A stretch of DNA of 64,000 bases, taken from assembly GCA_036172245.1 (NCBI GenBank), contig JAYWIR010000076.1, positions 124,001-188,000 on the forward strand, read 5' to 3'. Within the stretch, counting starts at the first letter, position 1. Every line of letters begins with the position of its first letter. Positions 23,381 to 35,909 of the stretch are shown here, in pieces. This DNA comes from Raillietiella orientalis (lineage: Eukaryota). The position numbers and the translations under genes were made by a program. The notes below the pieces were generated by a model. That model searched no databases, was not told the origin of the DNA, and was given only the letters and a program-made list of their open reading frames with translations.

Positions 23381-25611
23381 GCTTCCTGTCCGACGTTACG
23401 CGAGAACCCCCGACATGCGCAGGTTAGCAGAGTATCGAGCGGAAGCCGAGAGGCAAGCCTGGCAATCCGGGTCGGCCAGCTTGCTGGACGACCAGGGCCG
23501 GGAGCACTCGGTTCCCACTCAGAAACGCGGGATAGTGAGGAAATTTTACTCCTCCCTGTACGTCAGGGCGCCTCCGGAGCAGGCTGTCTCACGACTCCTG
23601 CTTCCGGAAGGTGCTCCAGCAATGGGGGAGGAGGAGAAAAGGAAACTCGACGAACCTTTCACGATGGGCGAGATCATCTCGGCCATCGGAAAGCACAAGA
23701 GGCGAAAGGCTCAGGGGAGGACGGCCTGCCTGCGGAGTTTTATCAAACTTTCGCGGCAGAGCTTACTCCCCTGGTACATCAGCTCACCTTGCTGATCCGC
23801 GAAACAGGTGACGTTCCCACCTCGTTTCGTTCAGCAAAGGTGCGGCTCCTCCCTAAGGGAGGAGACCTTAGGAGCATGAACAACTGGCGTCCCATCACAA
23901 TAGTGAATGCGGACGCCAAGTTGCTAGCCAAGCTGTGGGCAGAGCGCCTGGGACGGGTCGCCAACATCTTCATCAGCTCGGAACAGACGTATGCTGTTCC
24001 CGGGCAAAGTATGTAGGCGAACCTGTTCCACGCTTCTACATGGTTAGAGCTCCAACAAGGAAGGAGCATAATAAGCAACCGGAATTCCGGTGCGTCCGTC
24101 GGTGGGGGACGGGGTGGTCGGGAGGGGAGAGGAGCCCTCGCGGTCGCAGTCGATTTGCATAAAGCATTCGATTGCGTCGACCAGAATCTTTTTTTTGAGC
24201 TTCTGGAACGCATGGGATTCCCGGCCTCTTTGCTGGACTATCTGCGCTCCAGCTGGCGCGACGCGCTTATTAATGTTTTTTTTAGTGAATCCACCGTGTA
24301 CGGCGTACCGGTGCGACGCGGCGTACGGCAGGGAGACAGCCTCAGCCCCTTGCTCTTCAGCGCCTATTTCGAATTGGTGCTGAGAGCGTACTGGGAGATT
24401 CTGGCGCACCTGCCGTGCGATTGTGCCGGTACGCCTGCGGTTTCGGCGTACGCGGACGAACTTCTGCTGCTGCTGCCTATGTCCACCACGGCTGCGGCGG
24501 TCGAGGAGTTCTTCGACCTGCTGAGTCGGGGAACAGGACTGACGGTGAACAGGGTTAAGTCGTCCGTAATGCCAGTCGGAGCGGCGTGGGCAGGGCAGCA
24601 GGACTGGGTCCGTTTCAGGATTCCCATGGTGAGGTACCTCAAGTACCTTGGTGTGCCGTTGGGGGACTACTTCCCTGCGGAAGCGTGGTCCGGCTGCCTT
24701 CATAAGTCTCAGGCGGCGATCGGCCCGTTCCAGGACGGCAGGTTCTACCTGCAGGAACGGGCCGCGGCGTGGAACGCGTTTGCGGCCCCCCTCCTTCGCC
24801 CCTACCTTTTTGTTTGCCCCCCCTCGGCGGAGTCAAAGAAGAGGACCAAGGACCTCCTGAGGATCGCCCTTTGGGGCAGAGTGAGGCCCCGAGACCCTCT
24901 TTCGGACTTGTGCGCTCCTCGTCGGGATGGTGGTCTGGGCCTCCTGACGTTGGAGCGGCTGGAGCTACAGCTCCAGTTCCGAGTTGTTGCCTTTATGGCA
25001 GGAAATTGGTGCACCCCTTGGTGCCTCCCTGCACGTCTCCTCGTCAAGCAGGCCATTGGCAATGCGGGAATCTAGTCCTACTTTGCACTCCGAAGCCCCA
25101 TCTGCCACTGCGGACTTCAACTTCGGAGGGCGGCCAAGCTCGTAGAGAACAACTCGGCGGGGATCCTCGTACGCCCCGCGAACGGTCCTGCCTGGTTGCA
25201 GGAAACCGTCCGCACGTGGGCGATGAATCAGGAGCAGAGCCCGCAACACGAGCGAATAGCCCTGTTCGGGCCGCATGTCCACCGCACGCTCCGAGAAATC
25301 ATCGAGAATCCCCGCAGGCGAGCGTGGGCACAAAGAACCTCCCTTGCTGCGGTACTGCCTACCCTATGGGAACATCTGGGCAGCGACGTCGCGGCACAAT
25401 GGGAGGTTACTGTCAAGATCGCCAGCAGGGCAAAGAAGATCGGGGATTGGAGAACGGGTCAGCTCACCAACGCTGCGACCCCGAGGACCACCCCAAATGG
25501 ACTGTTGCGCTGGGGAGAGCTACTGGATGTTCCAGAGGAACTTCTCGTGTTGCCCCCGGTGCGCATGGACTCGCGCACCCTCCTCATGAAGTGGCAACAG
25601 TCGGCACTGCT
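23381..25611 (+). mobile_element. Element E segment 3 (RT domain)
   Basis: AERQAWQSG, WRPITIVN, HKAFD, GVRQGD, AYADE. Ends at KWQQSALL where D is inserted. Confidence 0.88.
25600..25611 (+). repeat. Target-site duplication of D: gtcggcactgct (second copy 31101-31112)
   Basis: Exact 12-bp direct repeat. Removing D restores KWQQSALL-VLHWGLPCNAR. Confidence 0.93.
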
Positions 25612-25837
25612 TTTACACCCGGGTGCGCCGGGGCGTTTATTTCTTTAATAAAAAAAAATAAACAAGCAAGTGTAGGGCTATCGCCCCTACAGTGTTCAGA
25701 ACATGTTCTTCTGAACTCGCCGAGTGGGCAGTACGCAGGCTCTCAAGGTCGATTCGGCAGCGGAGGGGGAAGGGACAAATAGAAAAAAGCAAAAAGAAAA
25801 CACTATTTACAAAAGCAGGGAGGGGTTGGGGAAGGGA

Positions 25838-28800
25838 TCACGTTCCGCTGGAGACGTCCTCTACATCCTTTGCAGGATGCCGACAAGTTCAAACTGCATG
25901 TGTCCCAGTTGGGTCCATCTGGCTGCCGTCCTCAGGAAGCGCAGGGCGTAGCACAAGATGTCCCTATTGTTCGGTTTACCAGTGGCGGTGCTCCAAGCCG
26001 CTACAATCCCTCGTAGGCAGCAGAGGGCTGCAAGGGCTGCGGCAGGCGAAAGGGCGTCGCGCACGAAGAGGCGCTTTAAAAGGTCTCTGGGAGCGTGCAA
26101 GAGTGCACCAACGGCTGTTGCAAAGCGCAACCACAAGGGCCGGAGGGCAACACAGTCAACGAGCAGGTGCGGGAGAGTTTCTCGTTCCCCGCACCTGACA
26201 CAGTTTGGGTCCACAACCCCCCTCGACCAATGAGAGCGGCGGGCGTTGCTGGGGAGTCCCCAGTGCAACACCAGGAACGCCGACTCCTGCCACTTTAGGG
26301 GGAGGGCCCGAGTATTCCTCAGCACTGGGGGCCACTCGAGTGCATCCCGCAAGATGCACAGCAGCTCGCCCCAGCGCAACAGTCCTCTCGGTGGGGAACT
26401 TGGGATCGCGGCATCAGCAAGCTGACCCGTGTTCCAACCACCTTGTTCTTTCTCAGTGTCCCTGATCGTACACCGGGCCTCCCACATGGCCGGCTGGCTA
26501 CTGCCCAGATGTTCCTTGAGGTGAGACAGAGCTGTGGCAAGGGAGGTCCTCTCAGCCCACGCACTCAAGGCGGGCTGCACGATGATGTCCGGCAGCGAGC
26601 GGCTCTTATGATAGGAGTGCAGCATTTGCTGCCGCAACTCCGGGCTCGCTTCCTCGATCTGGGCCTACGTGCGAAGGCTTTCCTGCAACCAGGAAGTGCC
26701 GTTCGCGGGCCGGCAGGAGATCCAGGTGTTCTTCCTGGTCAGCTTCGCCACTCGCCGAAGAGCCAGTCCGCAGTGGAACAGGTACCGGCGTTTGCGGCGC
26801 GCTAGGAAGGTAGACAGTCCCGCGCAGCCGCCGACTCGCTGAACCAGGCATCGTGCAGGCTCGCACCAGCTGCCGCTCCACAACTTCGCCACTAGGGCGA
26901 TTGTTCGGAACTGCAGCTGCAGTTCGAGGCGCTCCAGCGTGAGGAGGCCAAGGCCCCTATCGCGACGAGGGGCGCACAAGTCCTTCCAACGCGCGCGGGG
27001 CCTTCCTCTGCCCCAGATGGCGATTCTGAGAAGGTCCTTTGTACGTGTTCTCACACCACGGGGTGGGGGACAAACAAAAAGCAAGGAGCGAAACAGGGGG
27101 GCCACGAAAGTGTTCCACAGCACGGCCCGTTCCGGCAAGAAGAACTTGCCATCCAGGAACGGGCCGATCGCTCTCTCGGCCTTTTGGAGGCAGCAAGACC
27201 ATTGTTCCGCTGGGGAGTAGTCCCCCAACGGCACACCGAGGTACTTAAGGTGCCGTACCGTTGGGATCACCAAGCGAGACCAGTCTAGCTGCCCTGCCCA
27301 CGAGGAACCGACTGCAACAACGGACGACTTTGCTCTGTTCACCTCTAGTCCTGTCCCGCGACGCAGCAGCTCGAAAAAGTTTTCGACCGCCGACGCCGGG
27401 GTGGACATGGGGAGCAGCAGCAGAAGATCGTCCGCATACGCCGCCAAGGCCGGTGTACCTGGGCACACGCGCGGCAGGCGACCAAGAGTCTCCCTGAATG
27501 CCCTCAGCACCAACTCGAAGTAGGTGCTGAAGAGCAAGGGGCTCAAGCAATCACCATGCCGTATCCCGCGGCGCACCGGCACACCGAACAGGTTTCTTCC
27601 CCTGAAAGAAATGTTGGTCAGCGCGTCGTGCCAGCAAGAGCGCAGAAAGGCCAATAAGGTGGCCGGGAAGCCCAAGCGCTCCAGAAGCTCCAGCAGGAGC
27701 TCCTGGTCGACACTGTCGAATGCTTTCCGCAAATCGACAGCGACTGCGAGGGCCCCTTCTCTCTCCCGACTATCCCGCGAACCACCAGCGGACGTCCCGC
27801 AAATCGGGCTGCCGACCTTGTTCCCTCCATTCATTCTGGTTCTTTGAAGTTCGAACCAGGTGTTCGCGAAGAGCAGGTTGGCGTCCATGCTTCGCACGGG
27901 AACAGCGTAGGTCTGCTCCGGGCTGATGAAGCTTTCCGCCACCCGCCCCATTCGCTCCGACCATAGCTTCGCAACCAGCTTGGCGTCCGCGTTCAGTATG
28001 GTAATCGGACGCCAATTGCTGAGGTTCCGTAAGTCTCCTCCTTACGGTAGGAGACGCATACGTGCCGATCGGAAGGAGGCGGGAACGTCTCCTGTCTCCC
28101 GGATCAGCAGCGTTAGCCGCTGCACCAGGGGAGCCAGCTCCGCCGCGAAGCACTGAAAAAACTCCGCGGGCAGGCCGTCTTCCCCCGGTGACTTCCGCCT
28201 TTTGAGCTTCCCGATTGCGGTGATGATTCCACCCATCGTGAAAGGCTCGTCCAGGCGTACTCTCTTTTCTTCCCCGATCGCCGGGGCACCGTCCGGAAGC
28301 AAAAATTGGGAAAATTCCCGGTCCGGAGGCACCCTGGTGTACAGGGAAGAATAATAGCCGTGCACTAGGCTACTCACCTCTGCCGGGGCCGAGTGCCCTT
28401 GGCCTTCGTCGTCCAGCAGGCTGGGCGACCCCGATTGCCAGGCCTGCCGCTCGGCCCCGGCTTTAAATTCCGCCAGTCTTCGGACGTCTGGTGTTCGGGA
28501 GTAACGACGGGCCTACAGGTAAGCCCTATCGTTCCGAACACCTTCTCCAAATCCTTTCGGGAGACGGTCCATGGGGAACTGTTGGCAGAACTCTCGCACC
28601 GAGACTTTCAAATCGTCCCAGTCGTCGAGCGTCTGCAGGCTACAACCTCGCAAGAACGCGCGGAGGTGTTCCGCTGCGCCTGGCTTGGTCAGCCAGTCCC
28701 CCGGTAGACGCCATGCCTGCGCGGGGGGCCTTCTGTCGCGCGGGCGAATGACGAGTTCCACACGAGAGTGGTCGGAGATTGCGGACTGTATCTTACCTCG

Positions 28801-29427
28801 CCTGCCCACGCGACAGCGCAGGTGATCGTCGAGGAAGACGTGGTCCACGCTCCGTTCCATCCCGGTATCCCCGGCTAACAAGTTGGATGCGTGCACCGCA
28901 GCGCACATCTCGTTAACCGGGGTGGCCTCTGTCCTCGCCGCACCTGATAGCAGGCGAATATTAAAATCGCCGGCTATCAGGTGCGCCGTGCGCGCGCCTG
29001 CCTCCGACAGCCAGTCGCGCTTGAACGCACGGAAAAACGCCGTCCGTGCCACGCGCGCGTGGCCGCCGCTCGGCGCGTACACGTTCGTGACGACGAGATT
29101 GATGGAGTCGGACCACCTGAAGGTGATTTGCCCGACCCGACCTGCCTCATCGAAACGAACTTTCCGCACCGCGCGTTGTAAGGCAAACTTCAGAAGGAAA
29201 GCGACCCCGCGCGTACGGCGGTGGCCGCATCGCCACATAAGCTGACCACCTGCTATCCGTTCGATCTCCCGCGCATGTTCTGCGGAAATCTCATGAATCT
29301 TCTGCAGCAGCACGAGGTCGAAGGCTTGCAAGGTGGCAGCTATGTCTCGTCTCCTGCCGTCATCGCAAAGCCCGTTGACGTTCCAGCTGGCGATGCGTAT
29401 TTGACGGCAGGTGGCGAGTCCCGGCAT
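25838..29427 (-). pseudogene. D ORF2 (APE + RT + Cys/His), interrupted by in-frame stops
   Basis: ORFs 28513..29427, 28042..28377, 26665..27951 (YADD) and 25861..26637. Confidence 0.9.
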
Positions 29428-31025
29428 TACTGCTGGGAAAGTGATGCTGCGTCTCCCGCCTCACCTAGGGGCGGGACGCCGGCTTTCTCCTGTGCGGTGG
29501 GGGGCGGCTTGACGACCCCTCTGTCTCCATCGGCTTCGTCTCGACCGATCGTGGGAGTTCAGGACTCGTGTCCATCTCTTCCACGCTCGCCGCACCCTCG
29601 TTTCCGGAGGATTCCCCTTCCTCGGAGGAAACGATCCTCCTTGGGTTACGGATTTTCCTTCCGGTCTTCCTCGGGGGTGCAGATGCGGATGGTGCGTGTC
29701 CGGTCTCCGGGTCCGAGTCCGAGGTCCCGGTCCCCCTCCTCTCGGCCGGACGTCGAACGGCCTTCTTCCCGACCTTTGCGGGAGGCTGCTGACTGGCGGC
29801 GAGCTCGGCGGCGGCTTTTGCAAAGCCAGCGTCATCGCGGCTCCCCCTCGCCGCAGCCCTCGGACGCTGTTTGCACAGCGACGGGGCTGTCAGCGTTGTT
29901 GCACACGGCAACGTCCTGTTCGCACGGCACTTCGGCGTCTGCAAGGCGCTCCAGTGCGACCGTGCATTTTTTCAGTCCCTGCTTTTTCGCGGGTTTCGCG
30001 GTTTTTGCAGGGACTTTATTTTTATTATTTACGTCCTTTTTTTCTTTCTTTTTCTTTAGACTGACCTTTTGCCAGCCAGGCTCTTCTCCTTCCACCTCGG
30101 TTGCCTGCGTTTCTGCAGACGGGGTGGTCGGGATGCCCTTTTTGGCTGGCTCCGGGTCAACCGTATTTTCAGACGGCGGCCTGGTCTTGCCAGGCTTCTT
30201 GCTGGCGTTCGTGCCGCTCACGGCAGCAGCCGGCGCGCGCGAAGTATTTTTGGGGAACACTTCTTCCGTGTGCCCGATTGCCTCGCACTTGCGGCAGGTG
30301 ATGTTGGGGCAGCGTTTCTTCACGTGCCCCGTACCATCACAAAACGCACAGTATTTGGGTTTCCCCAGATACCAGATGTCGACAGAATCTCCGTCGACTA
30401 CTAGTTTATGGGGAACCCCAATGTCCTTATTCACAGTCACACGTGCCGCGGCGAGTCCGCTCAGGAGTCCGTCATAAGAACGGAACCTGTTGGGCTTTAG
30501 CCACAGCGCGTGTATGGTGCCGAATTGGCTGAGTTCAGCCCTAACGGCGCTCGGTGACATCCGCACGGTGATTCGACGGAGGTGGACAACTACTGAGTTG
30601 TCCACCGGGACAGGGAAGATCTGGCGGCCCTCGACCCCGACGGGGGTTCGCAGCAGTCTTTGCGCCAACCCTGCTTCTTTGCAGGTCAACTCGACATGCT
30701 GTCCCCCGCTGCGGATGGAGAGACCTAGCAGATCCTCCTTGTTAACGTTCAAACGGTGGAGCTCCTTCTGGAAGGAGCGCGCCACACGGTCATCAAACAG
30801 CCGGCCTACCTTATACAGCAGACTCGGGTTGTAGTTGTAGGCCTTGTAGGCCTGGGCCTCGGCGATGGCCGCTGCAGATGGCGCGGCGACCGCGGCGCTG
30901 TAGTCCCTCGCCGGCGCGGGGTACGAAGCTTTCGGGGCAGGTGCCCCTATCTCCATGGGTACGGGGGACGTTCGCCCGGCCACCACCCCACATTCACTAG
31001 TGGCGGGATCAGGCATTTCTGCCAT
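29427..31025 (-). pseudogene. D ORF1 (zinc knuckles, frameshifted tail)
   Basis: CAFCDGTGHVKKRC. ORFs 29832..31175 and 29465..29944. Confidence 0.84.
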
Positions 31026-31112
31026 CCCCCGACCACTGATGCACCGCACTACACCAATAAAGTCGAGCGAGTCAAGAGCGCGCAGAGAACACGTCTGACC
31101 GTCGGCACTGCT

Positions 31113-31764
31113 GGTGTTGCATTGGGGACTTCCTTGCAACGCCCGCCCACACCACTGGACGCGGGGGGGTGTCAACCCTAATTGTGTTAGGTGCGGGGAT
31201 AGGGAATACCTCCATCACCTGTTAGTGGATTGTGTTGCCCTCCGTCACTTGTGGGAACGCTTTGCCGCAGCCCTGGGGATCCCCGGAGGCAACCCCTGAG
31301 ACGCATTGCGCCCCCTCTACGTCTGTAACGCCCTGCCTCCTGCGGCCTCGCTTGAAGCCCTGTGCTGCCTACGCGGGAACGTCGTGGCATGGAGCAAAGC
31401 GACGGGAGGATCCAGCGACAGGGATGCCAACGTGTATGCCGCCCGTTTCCTCAGGATGGCGACGCGATGGCCCCATCTGGAACCACACACGCAGAAACAG
31501 CTTGCCGGCATCCTCCAGAGGATGACGGACCCTCCCAGCAGAATGTGATCCCTTCCCGCTCCCTCCCTGATTTTTGTTTATTTTTTGTTTTCTTTTTGTT
31601 TCGTTCCCCCTCCCCTCTGTTGCCGAGGTCGACCGCGCCGGTCTGCGCACCGGTAGCCCGGCAGGCTATATCTTTCCAGGGCGTGGCTGGACTACTGGTG
31701 CAGTCACAGATTTTATAGGTTTATTCGTGAGAATAAACGTCCCGGCGCACCCGGGTTTCAATCA
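31113..31764 (+). mobile_element. Element E segment 4 (ORF2 C-terminus, 3' UTR, terminal hairpin)
   Basis: CVRCGDREYLHHLLVDC, stop at 31546-31548, AATAAA at 31732-31737 plus CCCGGcgcacCCGGG, then TSD agattccggag at 31765-31775. Confidence 0.9.
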
Positions 31765-32103
31765 AGATTCCGGAGAGTGACCCCTCTCAGCTTTTCGCGA
31801 AGGTGTTCCTTCGCACCTGAGAGTCGCGTTTAGTCCCCCGGCAGACGGCAATCCCTGGATGGCGGTCCTTTGTCGCGAGGCTGCATCTCGAAAATTAACC
31901 AGGAATGGTCCGACAGCGTTGACGCAACCCTCCCCCGTTTGCCGACCCGCAACACAGGTCAGCGTCGAGGAAGACGTGGTCGATGCTGCGCACCATTCCC
32001 CTCTCACCCGCGAACAAGTTGCGCGCACGCATGGCGACGCACAACTCGTTCATCGCGTTCACTTGGGTTTCCGGCTCACCTGTTAGCAGACGGAGATTGA
32101 AAT
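31765..32103 (-). mobile_element. Element A, second segment (APE C-terminal half); starts with the 11-bp TSD shared with 3272-3282
   Basis: Reads FNLRLLTGEPETQVNAMNELC..IDHVFLD..LSDH..EHLREKLRGVTLRNL and joins to QDWDLFKESVREFC at 3271. Confidence 0.87.
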
Positions 32104-35100
32104 TTATCACCCGGTCACGCCGGGGCGTTTATTAAAAATAATAAACTGGTCAGAGACAATGTCCGAACCAACAGAACGACAGAGAACATAAGCTCCAACG
32201 CCTTGTGGAGATCGACCGCGACCGCCAAGGCACCTGGCGTTCTTTCCTGCCGTCGGCCCCTGTTATTTTTACCTGCGGCAGTGACTTTCGCAGCAGCCTG
32301 AGTTTGGTGCGCCACAACTTCCTGCAGCTGCATCCATGTACGCGCGAAAAGGATGTTCGCCTCCATGGATTGTCCCGGAACCGCGTAGGTTTGTTCCGGG
32401 CTCACCACAGATTCCGCGATACTTCCTAACCGCGCGACCCACAGCTTGGAAAACAACTTGACGTCCGAGTTCACCAAGGTGAACGGACGCCAGTTGTTAA
32501 GTTGACGCAAGTCTCCGCCTTTCGGCAGGAGACGCACCTTCGCTGAGCGGAAGGAATCCGGGACATTCCCGGATTCACTCATCAGCGTCGCGAGTTTCAG
32601 CATCAATGGAATGAGCTCCACTGCAAAGCACTGATAAAACTCTGCAGGGAGCCCATCCTCGCCTGGCGCCTTTCATCTCTTCAGCCCAGCGATTGCAAAC
32701 GAAAATTCATCCGCCGTGAAGGGCTCGTCGAGACGTTCGCGTTCCTCCTCGCCGACAACACGAGCACCCTAAGACAGGAGTATCTCAGAAAGAATATCCT
32801 CCGTCGGGAATTCCGCGTAGAGCGAAAAGTAGTACTGTCTCACAATGCGGCGTACTTCGGCTGGGGCCGAACATTCCTGGCCCTTATCGTCCAACAGGCA
32901 TGCTGCTACGGACTGCCAGACCTGGCGCTCGGCCCTCTCCTTGAAATCTGCGAGACGACCGAGACCCGGGCGTCTCGAAAACGTGCAGCCCTGTAGAAGG
33001 TCTCTACTGTTGGCCACGCCCTCTCCGAAACCTCGTGGAAGCCGGTGCAAGGGGAATTGGCAGCAGAACTCGCGGACAGATCTTTTGAGATCGTCCCAGT
33101 CCGCAAGTTCTTGAATGGCAAAGCCTCGGAGGTATCCACGTAGATGCTCCGCAGCCTCCGGTTGGCTAAGCCAATCCGCCTGCATCCTCCAGTTTTGCAA
33201 CGGAGGCCTCCTGCCTGGCGGAAGAGTCTCAAACTCCAACCTGTGGTGGTCAGAAAGCCTAGTCAACAATCTTCCTCTCCTACCCACACGCGTATGCAGG
33301 TTTTCATCGAGGAAAACGTGATCGAGCGATCTTTCCATTCCAGGTTCGCTGACCATCAAGTTGGCGGCGTGCACGGACGCGCACATCTCGATGGGCAGCG
33401 CGCGTTCCCTCGGGCGGCTCCAATCGTCGGAGAGCAGGCGGACGTTGAAGTCCCCAGCGACGAATTGCGTCACTTGGAAACCGGAGTTGTTGAGTCAGTG
33501 TCTCTGCACCTCACCAAAGAAAGCTACTCTTTCTTCGAGGTAGCGAGAGCCACTTGGCGAGTAGACGTTCGTAACGACGAGATCGATGGACTCGGACCAC
33601 TTGATGACAAGCTGGCCTATCCGTGCGTCGTCATCGAAACGAACACTACGCACCGCTTCCGCCATTTTTCCTCTTACGAGGAACGCGACGCCGCACGTGT
33701 GTGCGCCGCCGCACCGCCAATGTAGCGTTCCGCCTGTGCGCTCCTCGATTTCGGCTGCCTGCTCGTCGGAGATTACGTGAATCTCCTGCAGGAGCGCGAG
33801 GTCGAAGGGGCGCAGGGCGTTGGCTACTAATCGCCTTTTCTCGTCGTTCTGTAGTCCGTTCACGTTCCAACACGTTACGGACAGACGACGAGAAGACGCG
33901 ATTCCCCGCATTACTGCTGGGAAGGTGGCGGCTTTTTGCTCGCTTTATCCGGCGAGCAGCACGACTGGCTGGAAGGGACGGTCGCCACAGTCCTCCGTCG
34001 CGCTGCATGCATGTAATGGCTCCACGCCAGACTTAATCCCGTTGGGTTTCGTGGAGACTTTGCGTGGCTTCGCGGCTAGCGTTGCCTGGCTGCCTACTTT
34101 TGATCGGCGCGCACACGCTTTCGAACGAGTTGTCCTCGTCTTGGTGATCGGAACGGCATCCATTTCGCAGTCCGACCGGCGCATGTTCGATCGGGTTTCG
34201 GCCTTCCGCGAAGTAGTGACAGGTTCTGCTTTATTGACAGCTGTCCTGGTGTCTTTTTCCGTCTCCAGAGCATCGCTTTTGGTGACGGCTGCTTTCCCGG
34301 CGCGCGTGTTTTCAGCGTGCTCACGCGCAGTTCCACGAGGGAGCTTTGCTGAAGTCTTCTTTACTTCATTACGGTTCCTCACTTCGCGTGGCGCCATAAA
34401 TGGAGATTGTGCTCCATTGCCATCTTTGAAACCATCCGCGTCTTTGGACGGGAGCACTTTTGGTGGCTTCGACACGCTCGTCATGGACGCTGCCTTCGGA
34501 AGGGCTTTTAATCCCTTCGTTGGCATGGCTTCCGCGCCAGTCGAGAGCTTGCTCTCCGACTGCGACATCGTGAGATTTTTCTCCGCTTTCGCGGTGTTGG
34601 ATCGCGACGCGGATTTTTTTTTGCCGACTTTCGAAGTCGACACGGCACAACCCTTCTTACCCGAGCTGGGCTTCTCAGCCACTGCAGGAGGTGAAGGAAT
34701 GGATCTGACGGTACTGGAAGTGTCCTTACCGCTGTTGTCCATTGGCGTCCCCGCAAGTTGCTCGAACTCCGAGAGAGCCGGGCGTGCTTGGGAAGGACAG
34801 CTATTGCGCCTAGGGGGACTTACCATTGCCCCGGATTCCCCGAACCCTTTCTTTTGCGGCTCCTCTGCCGCAAGAGGGGGCGCGCAAGGCTTCGCGTGCG
34901 AGGTTTCCTGCTGCTTTGGGGCGACATTTCGCCTCGCGTTTTTTCGGAATTTCTGCCGTGGGGTCTCCAGGTTTTTCGCAGATTTTTTCTTTTTATCCGC
35001 GCTTTCTTTTTCAAGATGGAGCTTCGCGGCTGCCTTTTTTCGCAAAAGATCCGGGCAATTTTTCAATTGGTGCCCGGATAGTTTGCAATAACGGCATTTT

Positions 35101-35900
35101 CCAGAGGGGCATTTATCCAAACAATGCCCCTCCTTTCCGCATTGCTCGCACGTTCTTACTTTGCCCACGAACCACAGGTGAACGACCGTGTCTTTCCCTT
35201 GTAGTTTGGTGGGCAGCAGACGGCGGTCCGGCATTGTAAGCCGGACTCCAGCGACTCCGCTGTGTATGGACGGGAAGTCCTTGAGGTTGCTACGCACCCT
35301 CCACAGCGCATGGACCGTGGCGAATTTCGCCAACGCGTTCCGAATATCAGTATCGGAGATTTCCGACTCGATGTCGAAAATCTCCGCCACAAATGAGTCG
35401 TCCATGGCGGCCGGGAAGACCTTCTGGCCACGGATCGACAACGGGGTGCGCAGCAAGCGTTGCACAAGTGCAGCGTCTTTGCAACGCACCTTGAAATAGC
35501 CCATGTCTTTTACGGGCATAATGGCGAGTTGGTCCTCCTCCCGCACGCCAACACGGGTCAGTTGATCGTTGAACTGATTTCCGTCGCGCGCAGAAAGAAA
35601 ACCACTCACCTTATATCGGAGAGCAGGTCTATAGCCTTGGGCTACGTATGCCCGCAACTCCGACTCGTCGAGTGGTTTCCCTTTGACGGCTGCTGTGGCA
35701 GCAACGTCAGCAAAACTCCTCTCTATTGGCGAGAAAGACGAAGTGGAGGCGGCCGTCGGTTCCGCGATTGCAGATCCGGATGCTGTTCCTCCAACTTCAG
35801 TAGCTTCGGGTTGGGTCGACATCGTCGTCAAAATGTACGACGCCAAGATGCAGCGGATGAAAGCACGGGGACGAGAGCGAAGAAAAACACGTCCGCACTC
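32104..35900 (-). mobile_element. Element C1, both termini present but ~2.1 kb internally deleted
   Basis: 3' motif 32104-32133 and 5' motif GTGCGGACGTGTT. Flanked by gattgaaat at 32095-32103 and 35901-35909. The 3' UTR is fused directly to RT (DLHKAL) near 32190. Confidence 0.9.
33945..35846 (-). CDS. C1 ORF1, 633-aa zinc-knuckle protein (natural end probably the TAATG at 33909-33913)
   Basis: CEQCGKEGHCLDKC and CRYCKLSGHQLKNC; homologous to B ORF1. Confidence 0.8.
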   Translation of the reverse strand: MASYILTTMSTQPEATEVGGTASGSAIAEPTAASTSSFSPIERSFADVAATAAVKGKPLDESELRAYVAQGYRPALRYKVSGFLSARDGNQFNDQLTRVGVREEDQLAIMPVKDMGYFKVRCKDAALVQRLLRTPLSIRGQKVFPAAMDDSFVAEIFDIESEISDTDIRNALAKFATVHALWRVRSNLKDFPSIHSGVAGVRLTMPDRRLLPTKLQGKDTVVHLWFVGKVRTCEQCGKEGHCLDKCPSGKCRYCKLSGHQLKNCPDLLRKKAAAKLHLEKESADKKKKSAKNLETPRQKFRKNARRNVAPKQQETSHAKPCAPPLAAEEPQKKGFGESGAMVSPPRRNSCPSQARPALSEFEQLAGTPMDNSGKDTSSTVRSIPSPPAVAEKPSSGKKGCAVSTSKVGKKKSASRSNTAKAEKNLTMSQSESKLSTGAEAMPTKGLKALPKAASMTSVSKPPKVLPSKDADGFKDGNGAQSPFMAPREVRNRNEVKKTSAKLPRGTAREHAENTRAGKAAVTKSDALETEKDTRTAVNKAEPVTTSRKAETRSNMRRSDCEMDAVPITKTRTTRSKACARRSKVGSQATLAAKPRKVSTKPNGIKSGVEPLHACSATEDCGDRPFQPVVLLAG

Positions 35901-35909
35901 GATTGAAAT

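Larger units (their letters stand above)
25612..31100 (-). mobile_element. Element D, full-length (~5.5 kb)
   Basis: 5' GGTCAGACGTGTTCT, ORF1 29427-31025, TAATG overlap 29425-29429, ORF2 25838-29427, 3' motif 25612-25641, exact TSD. Confidence 0.93.
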
